Part shown: one piece after another, positions 26,658 through 61,235 of the stretch
Layout: each line of letters starts with the position of its first letter
Position numbering within the stretch: position 1 is the stretch's first letter
NCBI GenBank assembly: GCA_951406725.2
Contig: OX597826.1
Coordinates: forward strand, 13,950,001 to 14,014,000
DNA: 64,000 bases
Direction: 5' to 3'
Source of the DNA: Octopus vulgaris
Lineage: Eukaryota
Made by a program: the position numbers and the translations under genes
Notes under the pieces: generated by a model
What the model saw: the letters and a program-made list of their open reading frames with translations, nothing else
Databases searched by the model: none
Told to the model about the DNA's origin: nothing

Positions 26658-27927
26658 TATACATAAAATATTTTAGCAATTTTTTAATACAATCTATATA
26701 TCTAAAACAAAGGATGTGTATGTGTGTAGTACATATGCATTTCTACAGTTTTCAAACTTTACACACACATTAATTATGTGTCAAGAGTGGTTATGCACTA
26801 TAACATTTTGCCCAATGTACTGTGTACTGTGTACTGCGAGAAACCGACTAGGAGAAAAGATGTTTCACATGGATTTTTCTCTAAAAATTGCAGTCTTCAA
26901 CCGATTCTCTCCCTTTGGCTTCTGTAGTTTTCAAGCGATTCTCTCCCTTTTCTGTCTCTATTTCTCCTCTTTCCTATTCTCTCTGCAATATTTGCTCTCT
27001 TTAAGTCTTTGTTTCTTTCACTCTCTCTGAAAATTGATTTCAGTGTATTTCAATTTTGTCGTGCGTAAATGTCTTTTGTCTCCACACTATTTGTGCATTC
27101 TCTCCTACATTACTTATTTAAAAAATTTTGCACTCCGTCTATTTAAATATACTATTTACATTTCCCCCCTCTATCGAAAACTATCGTGATACAACCGATA
27201 AGTCTTCAGTACTAACCAATGAGAATTCAACCATGCCACTGAGCATTCATGCGTGGCTCAAGTTTTTTCACTCAGGCTATTTCGTTCTACAGCTTTATAC
27301 ACTAAAATGGCATTTGTAATTTCTGCATACAAATTGACTTCCTTGTGGTATAATATCGTTTCACTTTCTAATGTGATAAAACTATAATATTGTTTCACTT
27401 TTATTCATTCACTTTTGGGTGTGCATTTGCGCATTCAATATGTATGAGATAATAAAGGACATTTTATACCACTAAGACGACGACGTCACATATGAGTATG
27501 TGTCTCTGAGTGTATATATGAATGTGTATGCATCTCTGACTGTGTTTCCGTGTTAGGTACGTTATTAAACATACACACACATCTACACATACATATACAC
27601 ATATGACGACTGACATGCATGAATGTATGTCTCTCTTATTGTATGTGTGTGTTTGCACTCTCGTCACGTACGTTATTAAACACACACATACATATATAAC
27701 GAGAACGGCTGGAGGTGAAACCCTTGACAAATGACAATTATGTGGAAGGTCCAACTTATATGGAAATACACATCTAGCATTCATTAACAGTTCATAATTA
27801 GTGCAACAGTTGCAAGGTATTTACAATTTGCTTATATTTGGTTACTTTATACTGCATACAAAAATATAGACATACTACATACATACAACTGCTTACAAAA
27901 ATAGAGATTAATGTATATTTTTTTTTT

Positions 27928-28306
27928 CTTTTACTTGTTTCAGTCATTTGACTGCGGCCATGCTGGAGCACCGCCTTTAGTCGAGCAAATCGACCCCGGG
28001 ACTTATTCTTTTTAAGCCCAGTACTTATTCTATCGGTCTCTTTTGCCGAACTGCTAAGTGACGGGGACGTAAACACACCAGCATCGGTTGTCAAGCGATG
28101 TTAGGGGTACAAACACAGACACACAAACATATACACACACATATATACGATGGGCTTCTTTCAGTTTCCGTCTACCAAATCCACTCACAAGGCATTGGTC
28201 GACCCGGGGCTATAGCAGAAGACACTTGTCCAAGATGCCACGCAGTGGGACTGAACCCGGAACCATGTGGTTGGTTAGCAAGCTACTTACCACACAGCCA
28301 CTCCTG
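27928..28306 (-). mobile_element. SINE family A
   Basis: Full-length copy. Confidence 0.9.
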
Positions 28307-28344
28307 CTGTACATAATATTTTGTTTAAAATTTTGAAAAAAAAT

Positions 28345-28548
28345 ATGCCACCGAGGAAAAAACGTAATCTCTCTGGAAACACCTATAAAGCAAGGAGGAG
28401 TGCAGAAAACCAAAGACGAGAGTCTCAAGAGATAAGGGACAAGAGACTTCCTCAACATCAGCAAAAGCATGTTACAGCATGTCAAATACAGTCTCAAGAG
28501 AGAAGGGAGATGACACTTTCTCAAAATCAGCAAAGGGCCTTCAAATAA
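28345..28548 (+). pseudogene. Possible Helitron RepHel N-terminal remnant with STPR-like 23-aa repeats
   Basis: MPPRKKRNLS...ESQEIRDKRL and, 23 aa later, QSQERREMTL; resembles Helitron ORF starts from memory only. Confidence 0.5.
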
Positions 28549-28740
28549 CCATAACTACAACATGAGTTTGTATTCATTGAATGTTGTCATGTTTCCTAAT
28601 TCTTTGAACTATGGTTTTTCAAGTGAAAACAATTGTTATGATTGATATCTCAACTATTTAGCTGAATTTAAATGTGTGTACCCCTACTACCTTTCATTGC
28701 ATTCAATTCCTTAATCAGTTGCCACTTTTGTTTGCTTGAT

Positions 28741-29147
28741 TGGGTATACAACTCATGTATATGAGAAATTACTAAAGTCTAAAGCTTTAAAAAAAAAAGT
28801 TCACTTTTGGTTTTCATAAACTTTCTTTTATATTTTATTTTTTTATATTTATGTTATCAATTTACTCGGATATTAAACATGCATCTGAGCTATATTTAAC
28901 CCTTTCGTTACTGCATTTATTTCGAGATGGTCTGTTTTTCTTTCTGGGTATACAACTCATGTATATGAGAAATTACTAAAGTCTAAAGCTTTAAAAAAAA
29001 AGTTCACTTTTGGTTTTCATAAACTTTCTTTTATATTTTATTTTTTTATATTTATGTTATCAATTTACTTGGCTATTAAACATGCATCTGAGCTATATTT
29101 AACCCTTTCGTTACTGTATTTATTTCGAGATGGTCTGTTTTTCTTTC
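28741..29147 (+). repeat. ~204-bp tandem duplication
   Basis: tgggtatacaactcatg... starts at 28741 and again at 28945; copies nearly identical. Confidence 0.95.
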
Positions 29148-32100
29148 AATTACTTTAAATACGACAAAAAATTTGGTAAAATAATTTAGTTATCATTAAG
29201 CTAGTGTTAGGAACATAAATTGTGAATAAGGTTTGGTGGAAGATTTTAATTCAAAACGTATGAAAACAAGACATTTGTACTCAGAACCAGAGCCAGTTTC
29301 AGCCCGGATGGTAATGAAAGGGTTAATGAATAAGGTTTTGAGTTACACAAAAAACAAAATGCAATAAAAATCAGTCCAAATACATAGTTGTAGGGAACAA
29401 TTTTATTCATATATTAACGAATTCAATAATTAGTTCAAAATGCATTCAAATATGTACAGAATCATTTCCATTTAGTTATTACTATTATTATTTCATTAAA
29501 ACTGAATCAAATTTTTCATTTAATAATCAGACACACATAAAAAAATAAATTAAAAAAATATTTCATCTTTTTATTCTTCATAATTGTTCCATCTTGTATC
29601 AGCAAATATAAAATTGGAAAAATTCAGCAACTTATACATATTTCATGAATCAGAGCATTTTTGCAATCCCTTCTATTCCCTATCACTCATTATTGATATC
29701 CATCAGCCAGTGCCGCCTTGACTGACTTCCGTGCCGGTGGCACGTAAAAAGCACCAACCAATCGTGACCATTGCCAGCTTCCCCTGGCCCCTGTGCCGGT
29801 GGCATGTAAAAAGCACCCACTACACTCACAGAGTGGTTGGCATTAGGAAGGGCATCCAGCTGTGGAAACACTGCCAGATCAGACTGGAGCCTGGTGCAGC
29901 CTCCTGGCTTCCCAGACCCCGGTCGAACCGTCTAACCCATGCTAGCATGGAAAGCAGACGTTAAACGATGATGATGATGATGATCACTCTTACACACTCT
30001 CTCTCTCACTTCCAATACTGCCCAGCAACTTCTCTCTTGAATCACTGTTACTTTCTTCTTACATCACCCAGCCTCACACCGTCTTCCATTAGCCTTTTTT
30101 TCTATCAACACACTTTCTCGCTTCCATCAACACCTCACCCCTAGTACCCTGATTTGTTTCTTTTGCTCTTGTTGCAGGGATTCAAACTCTAACCACTGGG
30201 GTACACAGTTAAGCAATACAAAAGAGCCACCACAGTTTCACGTGACTGATTTAAAAACTGTAGCATGATATGGCTTTCTTGAATGTTCTAGAATTCACCT
30301 GCTGTCACCATATAAAACTTTTTGGCATTTAACTCATTGCAGAGTATTAAGGTCAGCTGACCGATTGACACACATCACCTCAGCCAAGCAGACGGCCAAT
30401 AGGCCACCTCGACCGTTTGCACTGACAACTCCAGGAACTCGTTCACACCACATAACGTTCCCGATAACTTTCTACATTCACAAAGCAGTTTTTCTCTCCT
30501 CCCAGTTGACAATTATTAATATTGCTAATTGTTAATAGTCAACACCAAAACCATTATGTCCAGCAATAGATATTCGAGATGACCATCAGGAGTTTGCTTC
30601 AGTCATCATTGATGCAACCAATGACACTCTGCACATACACTACTACAATAATAAAGCCATCCATCCTAACTATGGCGACTCAGGCATTTGAAGTACATCA
30701 ACATTGACCAGTTCAATCTAAGCAATGCACAGCCATGCAGCAGCACTCTCTTCCATAACCTTTTCACTTGGATCTCTACCAAGATAATCTCTGCGGTGCT
30801 GGTGTGAATAAAATACACCTACCACACTCTGATAAGTGGTTGGTAATAAGAATGCCTTCTTATTACATCTACGGTGTGGGTCGGTAACTAAAGCAAACAA
30901 AATAGAAAAACAAACCTTCACGCACTATGATGACCCAGCCAGCCCTTACCAGCAGAGAAGAGCAGAACCAAATGATGAGGCTGATGATGATGATAATGTG
31001 CATTGCTTTCTGACTCTTGTTCTGGCATGAGGTAGTCAACATGGCTTGCTCTGATGTACAGTTAAATCAATTCCAAAACATGTTCTTTAGAAATGTTTTG
31101 GACAATTACTATGAAGCTAAAAATATATACTTTGCCACAGTAAAAAACAATTTAGGATAACAATTTACTTATCAACTTCAAGCTCAGAACAAATAATAAA
31201 AAAGAAATCATTATCATGACTTTCATCTTGTTCTCACAATTAAAAAATGTTTCTATAATTATATTTATCATCGTCAATAGCAAAAAATAAAAAACAATAG
31301 TGTTGATGTAAATATCATACAATAATTAATTAAGCCACTTCTTTACAATCTGGGGAGAGGAGAAGTAGATTAAGTAAATAGTAGCTCAGCATTGAAGATA
31401 AAGAGACTACCAATATCTGTTTCCTTGGATCTGTTTCCTTGTGTCAGACATGGCTGTGGTTAGGAAGCTTACTTTTCAACCACATGGTTTCAGGTTCAGT
31501 CCCACTGTGTGGCCCCTTCTGCTATAGCCTAGGGCTGAATGAACCCTTGTGATTGAGTTTGGTTTACAAAAGTTCCCCTCATGTGTATACATGTGTCTGA
31601 AAGTGTTTGTGCCTCCTAACACAGATGAGGGAAAACGCAACCTCATTTAGAAACAGGTGAGGGGTTGGCGACAGGAAGAGCATCCAGCCATAGAAAACCC
31701 ACCACATCTTTTTCATCATTATCAACATCAAGTCCAACCCATGAGAGCATGGAAAACTGATGTTAAAGGATGATGATGTCAACCAACTTAGACAAGAATA
31801 TAATTATTATTATTGCTGGATTTTACTATGGAATGAAGAGTTTTGAAACAGTTCCCACTTAAACTGACTGAAATAAGGTTTTTTGCTACCATGAGTTAGT
31901 AATCACATGATATCAGGAATGTGCATGAGATATTACATGATATCAGGAATGTGCATGAGATATTACATGCATTGATATCACTGCAACAAAACTAACTGTA
32001 ATGCAAAGGAGAATAGCAAAAATGAAAAGAACACAGCATTTCATGATCTCTAAGTGCATGGAATATGACCCGTATCCGAAAATAAACAGACAATGTAAGA

Positions 32101-32461
32101 TCATATGTAAACAATACACAAGATAGAATAACCTCTCAAAAATTGCAGAGGTAAATACAAATAATAATAATAATAAATAAATGATTTTTATCTCTCATTA
32201 AACAAGATGGTGAAAAAACTTATCTAAAAGAGATTCTGAAGATGTAAAGTATACTAGCCATCTCAATATGGCTAACCACTAAGGGTGGGTGTTACTGTAG
32301 CTTGTAGCCCCAGGAGAACATCGTCTCCAGCTGGCTTTAGGCACACTTTCTTTGCCCTTATGGTATTTGCAAAGCGAGGTCATCCCTTTCTCATCAACCT
32401 AAGTGATATAATTGAAGAACTTAGAGTATACGGAAACTACATGGGAATATTACTAATACCA

Positions 32462-35400
32462 TAATTAGTAACTGTAATATCTACCTAGGGCAAAATTGTA
32501 AGCATATTTGCCATTGCAATATATATGGTAAATCGAAAAACCAATTTGGTTTTTAATCATAATCATCGACAGTATCAGATACAACCTAAGAGGAATGTAA
32601 AAGATATTTCAATTATCTCATTGCAGAGAACGTCAAAGACAAAATGATCCATGAAAACTAAGATAGTACTTGGAACTGAGGTAAGTTACTAATTTCAATG
32701 TGTACTGACGTCAGCTATTTAAATTCGAGTTCTCACGTAGATCAATTTGTTAAAGGACTCTCATCACATTGGCTGAGGGAAGGGACACTAGTGACCAGCT
32801 ATGGGCAGACATCCTGAAGCTGAGGGACAGAAATGGAATATTACACTTGAAGAATAATGGCCCATTTCAATTAAAATTGCTATGTGAGATAACTGTGTTA
32901 TTTGCACTGGCTACCCAACTCAAAACCATACTGATAATTACTTCCAGGTGAGTACGTTCCATAATTAAATTGGTACACCTGAAGAGGATCAACAAACCAA
33001 AAAACAGCTGGCTGTGATTCGACCTCACATTGTTGCTCTTGTCCAGATTATATCTCCTTAAAGAAGAAAGTGACAAGGTGTAAATATTTTGGATATAAAC
33101 CATGCTAGCATGGAAAACGGATGCTAAACGATGATGATGATGATAAGAGAGTCATGAAGTCCAGGCATGGTTGCTTATGGAAGACCAGCAGTCACCCATG
33201 CATACCAGCCTCCCCATCATACCACCAATATTATCCAAGACAAAAAGCAAAGGCCGATACAGCTTGGCACCAATGACGTTGCAACCTATTTTTACAGCTG
33301 AGTGAACTGGAGCAATGTGAAATAAAGTGCCTTGCTCAAGAACATAACACAAAGCCAGGTCTGGGAATCGAACTCCCTCCCTTGTGGTTGTGAGCCTAAA
33401 GCTCTAACTAGAGCCATGCACCTTCACCTTGGTATTTATATATACCGTATGTTTCGGTGTATAAGGCAACCCAACCAATTTGGTTCTTAATAGAGAAAAG
33501 TGACATGTGAAGCTCATGGCAATGTCAGAGCGAGGAGAAAGTGAACTCTTAGTTTTCATATTGTCTTCATTACAAACTAAGGGAATGTCAGCTTAGTATC
33601 ACCCTTATGGTGTTGAAATTTTGGCTAGTACAATGTGAAAAGATTAACCAGAACAGTTTAAGTACATGAAGGGATAAATCCAAAATAGCCAGTGTCTCTC
33701 AGTCCAGTTAAGATAGTAGTATTTAGTTGATATAGCGGGGAGTGAAAAACTAAATAAACATCCAATTTTTATAATCAACCTGTCATAATTAGACCAGGCC
33801 AAAATGAGAGGAGAGCAGTTAGCACAGGCCTACAATTTTTGAGAAGGCACACTCTTTCTGTCAAAGGCAAATGGAAAGGACAAATTTGTCAGACCAGGCT
33901 AAAATGAATAGAAAATTCTTAAAATTTCCAATTTTATTTACATAAAAAATATTGCTTTCCCCTGTTTTTAAAATGATTAAAGAGGCAGACAGGGTGCTCC
34001 ATCACTCTCTGCCTCTCTCTCACTCCACAGATTCTGTGCCAACTCAATACCAAATGTGTATTTACAAACACTATACACACATTAAAACCATGCCTCAATT
34101 TCCCTCCATGTGTATTGAGGCATTTAAATACTACTTTCAATGCCTTATTTTATTCTTATACTGTCATGGAAGTACTTTGCTTGCCTTTCAACAACCCAAC
34201 GATGTTCTCTCTCTTACTTAGTATGCGTTATTAAACGAGGTTCGCTGGGGTGTGTGAGAATTTTCATGACAAGGAGTGCCATCATAAAACACACATAATG
34301 CAATATAAAATAAGTTCATTGGCATCTGTGGAGTATTTATCCAAAAAGAATCAAACAAAAAATAAAAAAGAATATATAAAACCTGCAAAATATTTTGCAA
34401 TTCCTGTTGTTGGAATATTCAAATACCTGAATGCATGATTTCATATTCTTGATTAATCTTTATTATCAGGGATAACAAAAGAGGAAGGTAAAAAGTATTT
34501 CAATTTTCTCATTGCAGACAATATCAAAGACAAAACGATTCACAAAAACTGTCCAGGACAATACCTGGAGAGCACGAGTTATCGAGAAATAGAGCTGGTT
34601 TATCTTCAGCTCTATATATTCAATGAAGAATACACCAAAAAGAGTATGCCTATTTAAACTCATTGAAAAAAACGGAACACCAATGTAACTGGAAGGCATA
34701 CTTCTTTGAGAAGGGACCCTAGGCAGATTTAACTAATTGCAAATATAGATTTACCTTGAAAAAAATGCCCTTTATCAAATCAAAGAATTGGAGGCCTTTG
34801 AAAATAACCAGCTGAACCAAGTTAAAAAAACGTAAATTAAAGGTAAATTTTCTTAATTAGTAACTGTAATATCTACCTAGGGCAAAATTGTAAGCATATA
34901 TGCCATTGCAATATATATGGTAAATCGAAAAACCAATTTGGTTTTTAATCATAATCATCGACAGTATCAGATACAACCTAAGAGAAAGGTAAAAGTTATT
35001 TCAATATTCTCATTGCAGAGAACGTCAAAGACAAAATGATCCATGAAAACTAAGATAGTACTTGGAACTGAGGTAAGTTACTAATTTCAATGTGTACTGA
35101 CGTCAGCTATTTAAATTCAAGTTCTCATGTAGATCAATTTGTTAAAGGACTCTCGTCACATTGGCTGAGGGAAGGGACACCAGTGACCAGCTATGGGCAG
35201 ATATCCTGAAGCTGAGGGACAGAAATGGAATATTACACTTGAAGAATAATGGCCCATTTCAATTAAAATTGCTATGTGAGATAACTGTGTTATTTGCACT
35301 GGCTACCCAACTCAAAACCATACTGATAATTACTTCCAGGTGAGTACGTTCCATAATTAAATTGGTACACCTGAAGAGGATCAACAAACCAAAAAACAGC

Positions 35401-35812
35401 TGGCTGTGATTCGACCTCACATTGTTGCTCTTGTCCAGATTATATCTCCTTAAAGAAGAAATGAAGATTTGAGTATATATATATATAAAAGAATCATGAA
35501 GTTCAGGCATGGTTGCTTATGGAAGACCAGCAGTCACCCATGCATACCAGCCTCCCCATCATACCACCAATATTTTCCAAGACAAAAAGCAAAGGCCGAT
35601 ACAGCTTGGCACCAATGACGTTGCAACCTATTTTTACAGCTGAGTGAACTGGAGCAATGTGAAATAAAGTGCCTTGCTCAAGAACACAACACAAAGCCAG
35701 GTCTGGGAATCGAACTCCCTACCTTGTGGTTGTGAGCCTAAAGCTCTAACTAGAGCCATGCACCTTCACCTTAGTATTTATATATACCGTATGTTTCGGT
35801 GTATAAGGCAAC
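32462..35812 (+). repeat. Local ~1-kb duplication (32462-33470 and 34854-35812)
   Basis: Near-identical sequence at offset ~2392; identical short ORFs at 32769 and 35161; both copies include a SINE (-) and the left end of a pogo element. Confidence 0.95.
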
Positions 35813-36900
35813 CTACAGATAAGACGACCCAAAAATCTGAGTAAATGTTCATGACTTTAGGTAATATCTGAGGTAGAAGACGATCTTTAAAATAGGAAAG
35901 TCACCTAAGTTTAAGGATAGGCCAAAACTGAAATGTGCAAAGAGAAGAGTAAGCACTCGTTGGCCAGAGTCGGAAGATCAGGTTTACAAGTGGGTACTTG
36001 AACTGGGACAGGATGGATACATAGTAACACAAAATAGAATAAGACCATATGCATTAAAATGGGCAAAAGCCAACCAAGATGAAAGTCAGAACTTTAAAGC
36101 AACAGCAGGCTGGTGCAGTCGTTTCATGAACAGAAAGAATCTTGTGATATGACCAAAAACAAAAATTGCTCAAAAGCTACCAAGAGACCTTGACCATAAA
36201 GTTACCAATTTTCATCGATTTATTATTGGGATGAGGCAAAGACATCAGTTTCCTATATCTGTAGCACTCAAACCATTTCCTAAAAACTCTATAGAAATCC
36301 ACCTCAATGACAGTTCCCAGGACATTTATCACAGCTTTGTCTATCTTCAAAACGGCTGCACATAAAGTTTTTCTCCAGCTTGAAGTCAAACTACAAATTA
36401 CAATGGAAAAAGACTAGATGTAGTGAAGGTGAAATACAGATCTGACGTAGTGTTGTTAGTTACCAGAATGTTTGTTACGGTACAACTTTGGAGGAAATTT
36501 AGACAGCATTTTATGCATGCTTAGATCTTCATAGATCTAAGCATACAGTGGACACAAAAATGCCAACCCCAACAATTATTATAGATATATGACTGCCTTC
36601 ATCCAGAAAATTGTGAGTCTTCTCAAACAGCTCCCATGTTCTTCCGTGCCCCTCCTTCCCACCCCTGGATGAGACCCCATTCAAATTTGACATGATGGGT
36701 GATAGAATGGTTGACATGAAAGGCGCAAAAACCAGTCATGTTAGAGGCACGGGTCATGAAAAGACAAGGTTTACGGTGGTATTATCGTGCATGGCTAACC
36801 AAACGGAACCGAAATCCATGACAGGATGATATGCTGTGTGAGAGCGAAGATAAAACCAAAGTCGATTCACCAGATTCTAACTAGAACCCTTACGATGAAA
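35785..36900 (+). mobile_element. Degenerate pogo/Tigger-family transposon with a mariner-like fragment inserted
   Basis: TA-CCGTATGTTTCGGTGTATAAG terminus; CENP-B HTH-like FKATAGWCSRFMNR; DDE_1-like DETPFKFDM...GTGHEKTRFTVVLSCMAN; unrelated insert at ~36260-36660. Confidence 0.82.
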
Positions 36901-37289
36901 CTGTAAATGATAATTTGCTTGACAAACTTTTTGGATCAGATGATGATGATTGTAGCAATTTTGAAAGATTAAATGTTTGAAACTTATCTAAATAACAATG
37001 TGTATGTGGTATGTTTAATTTTTTTGTATTATTTTTACTAAAATTGATAATCTTAGTGAAACATGTTTTGTAATACTTTTTATTAGAATTCATAATCTTA
37101 GTGAGAAATAAAAATTTTTCCGTGGATTGTAGATTTTTAGGTAATGGCAGTGCTATTACATTATTAGTGTTGTATAGTAATGTGAATTGTTTCATCAGTG
37201 ATATACTAGTTTGAAAATTCACATGACAAAAGGAAGTGTAAATTTACTCAATTTCAAAATATTAATTTTTACCACTCTATCACTGAGGG

Positions 37290-37560
37290 ACTATTATAAG
37301 AAAGTTTTAATTTACCCATAGATAACACTTTTAAATCAAGGCATACTCAGCATATACACACTTTCAGATGAGGACAAAAAAAAATCTGTAACAAACTTTC
37401 AAAGTATATTTGGAGTTTAAAAAACAAAGGAATCAACTATAGCATTAAATTGGTCATTATAGAATCAGCTCCAGCACATTTCATTGGTAACAAGTGCCAA
37501 CCCTGCTTAGCAGAAAAGTTTAACATTCTAACTACTACACAGACCATTAAAATCCAAATT
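37290..37560 (+). mobile_element. Penelope-like element GIY-YIG endonuclease fragment
   Basis: Decayed FKSRHTQHIHTF...TLSKYIWSLKNKGINYSIK...KCQPCLAEKFNIL, matching the LSKYIW.LK and C..CL.EK pattern of PLE endonucleases as recalled. Confidence 0.7.
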
Positions 37561-38703
37561 AGAGTCTGGAACAAAAAACAGCATTAACTGCAAAGATAAT
37601 TGGTTCATATAATATTGATATTGTTGTTCTAAGTGAAATCAGGTTTGCAAATTCTGATGAATTAGAAGTTGGAAGTAGCTATACATATCACTATCACGCA
37701 GATCCTTATATGCCTCCTCTAAGAAAATTGCTCAAAAAAATTGCATGAAATGGAAAATCTTCAGTGAGCAAAGAAAAACCCAAGAATTGGAAATGGCTGC
37801 TAACTTGCACAACTTGAGAGCATTGTATGACAATTTGAAAGGCATATTTGGTCCTCATGTATGTACAAGTGTGTATTTATATATCTATGTACATAAACAT
37901 GTGTCTGCGTGTGTATATGCTTACTTTAGTATATGTCAAGGCATATACAGTTTCCAGTTTGCATAAGTACATTAGCATGCTGACACATGCAAATGCAGTG
38001 AGTATTGAAGCTCACATCCATCATCACTATATGCACCGGGCTGATTATGTTGTGTGTCTTGATGAAAGCCAAATTGCAAAGTAGATGTTGTTTGGCACAC
38101 TGTTGCAAAGTATTTGACTGCAGCGTAAGCCAAAAAAGTGACTTAAGGATAACTTAAAAGAACTGCATGGAATCTGTGCAATTTCATAACAGGAATGAGA
38201 AGACATATCACACGAGAAAAAAATCTGGACTGTGACAGAATGAGCACATTCCAGTGAAATACCAATGAGTGGTCATGCAGAAGATCAGAAGACAATTTTG
38301 TTGACCCTCATCAAGTTTCTCAAGTCTGTGAGGTCTATGACTGCATATGTATCCCTCACACAGGCCTGGTGAGCCATCAGGGAAGCCACGAAAAAGATCT
38401 ATTACAAACTACAACTTTCTGGTTGGGGGCCAACCTCACATGCACTGTGTGCCAGAAAACATGTATAAATCACTCGGGTTTATCTGGGCACGTGAGGATG
38501 CACAAAGAAAAATCATTAGAATGATCCGGAACAACTAAGAAGCCAAAAGAATTTGTTTGAATGTTGAACCGGCATCAAGTTTCGTAAGCTGCTGGCAAGA
38601 TCCAAGAGCCATTGTCATTCTCACATGTAACGCTATGATACACTTTATTTAGTTAACCATCATATATACATCTACGTTGGTGTGTGCATGTATGTATACA
38701 CAT

Positions 38704-38735
<32 letters not shown>

Positions 38736-38800
38736 CTGCTCGTATCTTTGACCTCGTGTTGATATCTAGCGTGCAGTTCGACAAATTATATTTTATGACG

Positions 38801-38879
38801 AACCTCACTGATGATCTGAGGATTAATTGTGTAAGTAAAATTGCATAATTTATTAACAGTGAAACAATCGTATGGGGTT
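38801..38879 (+). ncRNA. Minimal type I hammerhead ribozyme motif
   Basis: Stem I aacctca/tggggtt; CTGATGA at 38808-38814; extended stem II; GAAA at 38861-38864; helix III ACaatcGT; predicted cleavage after GTA at 38872. Confidence 0.7.
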
Positions 38880-39530
38880 AATCTATATTTTTGTTATTTT
38901 TCATTTGTCCTGCTCGCTTACGTTCATAGTGTGCTAAATTTTTCTTGAGAACAATTCTTAGTGGTTGAGACCCTTGCGGGTCTATCTCTAGCGTAAGAGT
39001 ATCCACATAGTGGATTCTCTCTCATATTTGTGTATTAATTATATATATATATATATATTACATGTACATATATGCAGGAATATGTATTCATGCATGCGTG
39101 TATGTATATACACACACACACACACACATATATATATATTACAGATACATACATGTAGGAGTATATATTCATGCATGCGTGCGTGTATTAAGTATGATGT
39201 TTTTTTTTGTGTGTTTTTACTTTCATGTAAATATTTACATATCCCTATTGCCATTGACTCGTTTACATATTTGCTTGTTTTGATGTCTAATCACAATTAT
39301 CAATGTGTTATTTTGATGAGGCTGTCTTTCGTTAATCAGATGGTTGCTGATACACATTTTTATAATTACTTTCTGATGTTATTTATTTATTTATTTATTT
39401 TTTTGTTAACTCAATTATGCTTCATTAGTGACTCGATAACAGGGTTAGAAGTTACGTCATTAGTAATGAAGCCCAATTAAAGTTGAAAATGAGAATCCAA
39501 CCATCAAATGGTTATTCAGATAAAAAAAAA

Positions 39531-39660
39531 TGTATGTATGTATGTATGTATGTACGCATGTATGCACGCATGTATGTATGTACGTACGTACATACGTATG
39601 TATGTACGTACGTACGTATGTATGTATGTATGTATGTATGTGTGTATGTATGTATGTACA
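39531..39660. repeat. (TATG)n/(TACG)n microsatellite
   Basis: Seen directly. Confidence 0.95.
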
Positions 39661-39944
39661 GTTGCATACAGGTAAATGGCATTTATAGGTGTACATGGAC
39701 ATAATTACAAGAAGCTTTAGAGATTTGTTGTCAGACAAAAAATCTCAATAAAGGCTACATCATTTCATATACCGCTTCTTAAAACAAATATAAAACAATA
39801 GTATTGTCAAGTTAATCCAATACATTTGTTACAATATACATCACATTTGTTGCTGATGAGAAACTGAACAGCTTTTCTGTTTTGTCCCCATCGTAGTTGC
39901 TGTGTTCTTTCTGTGATCAGAAAAATTAGGCTGACCAGCAATGG

Positions 39945-61235
<21,291 letters not shown>

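Noticed and set aside
32769-32951. Duplicated 60-aa ORF as a protein gene
   Set aside because: Starts at TTG just after an in-frame stop; identity between copies reflects recent duplication, and no domain is recognisable.
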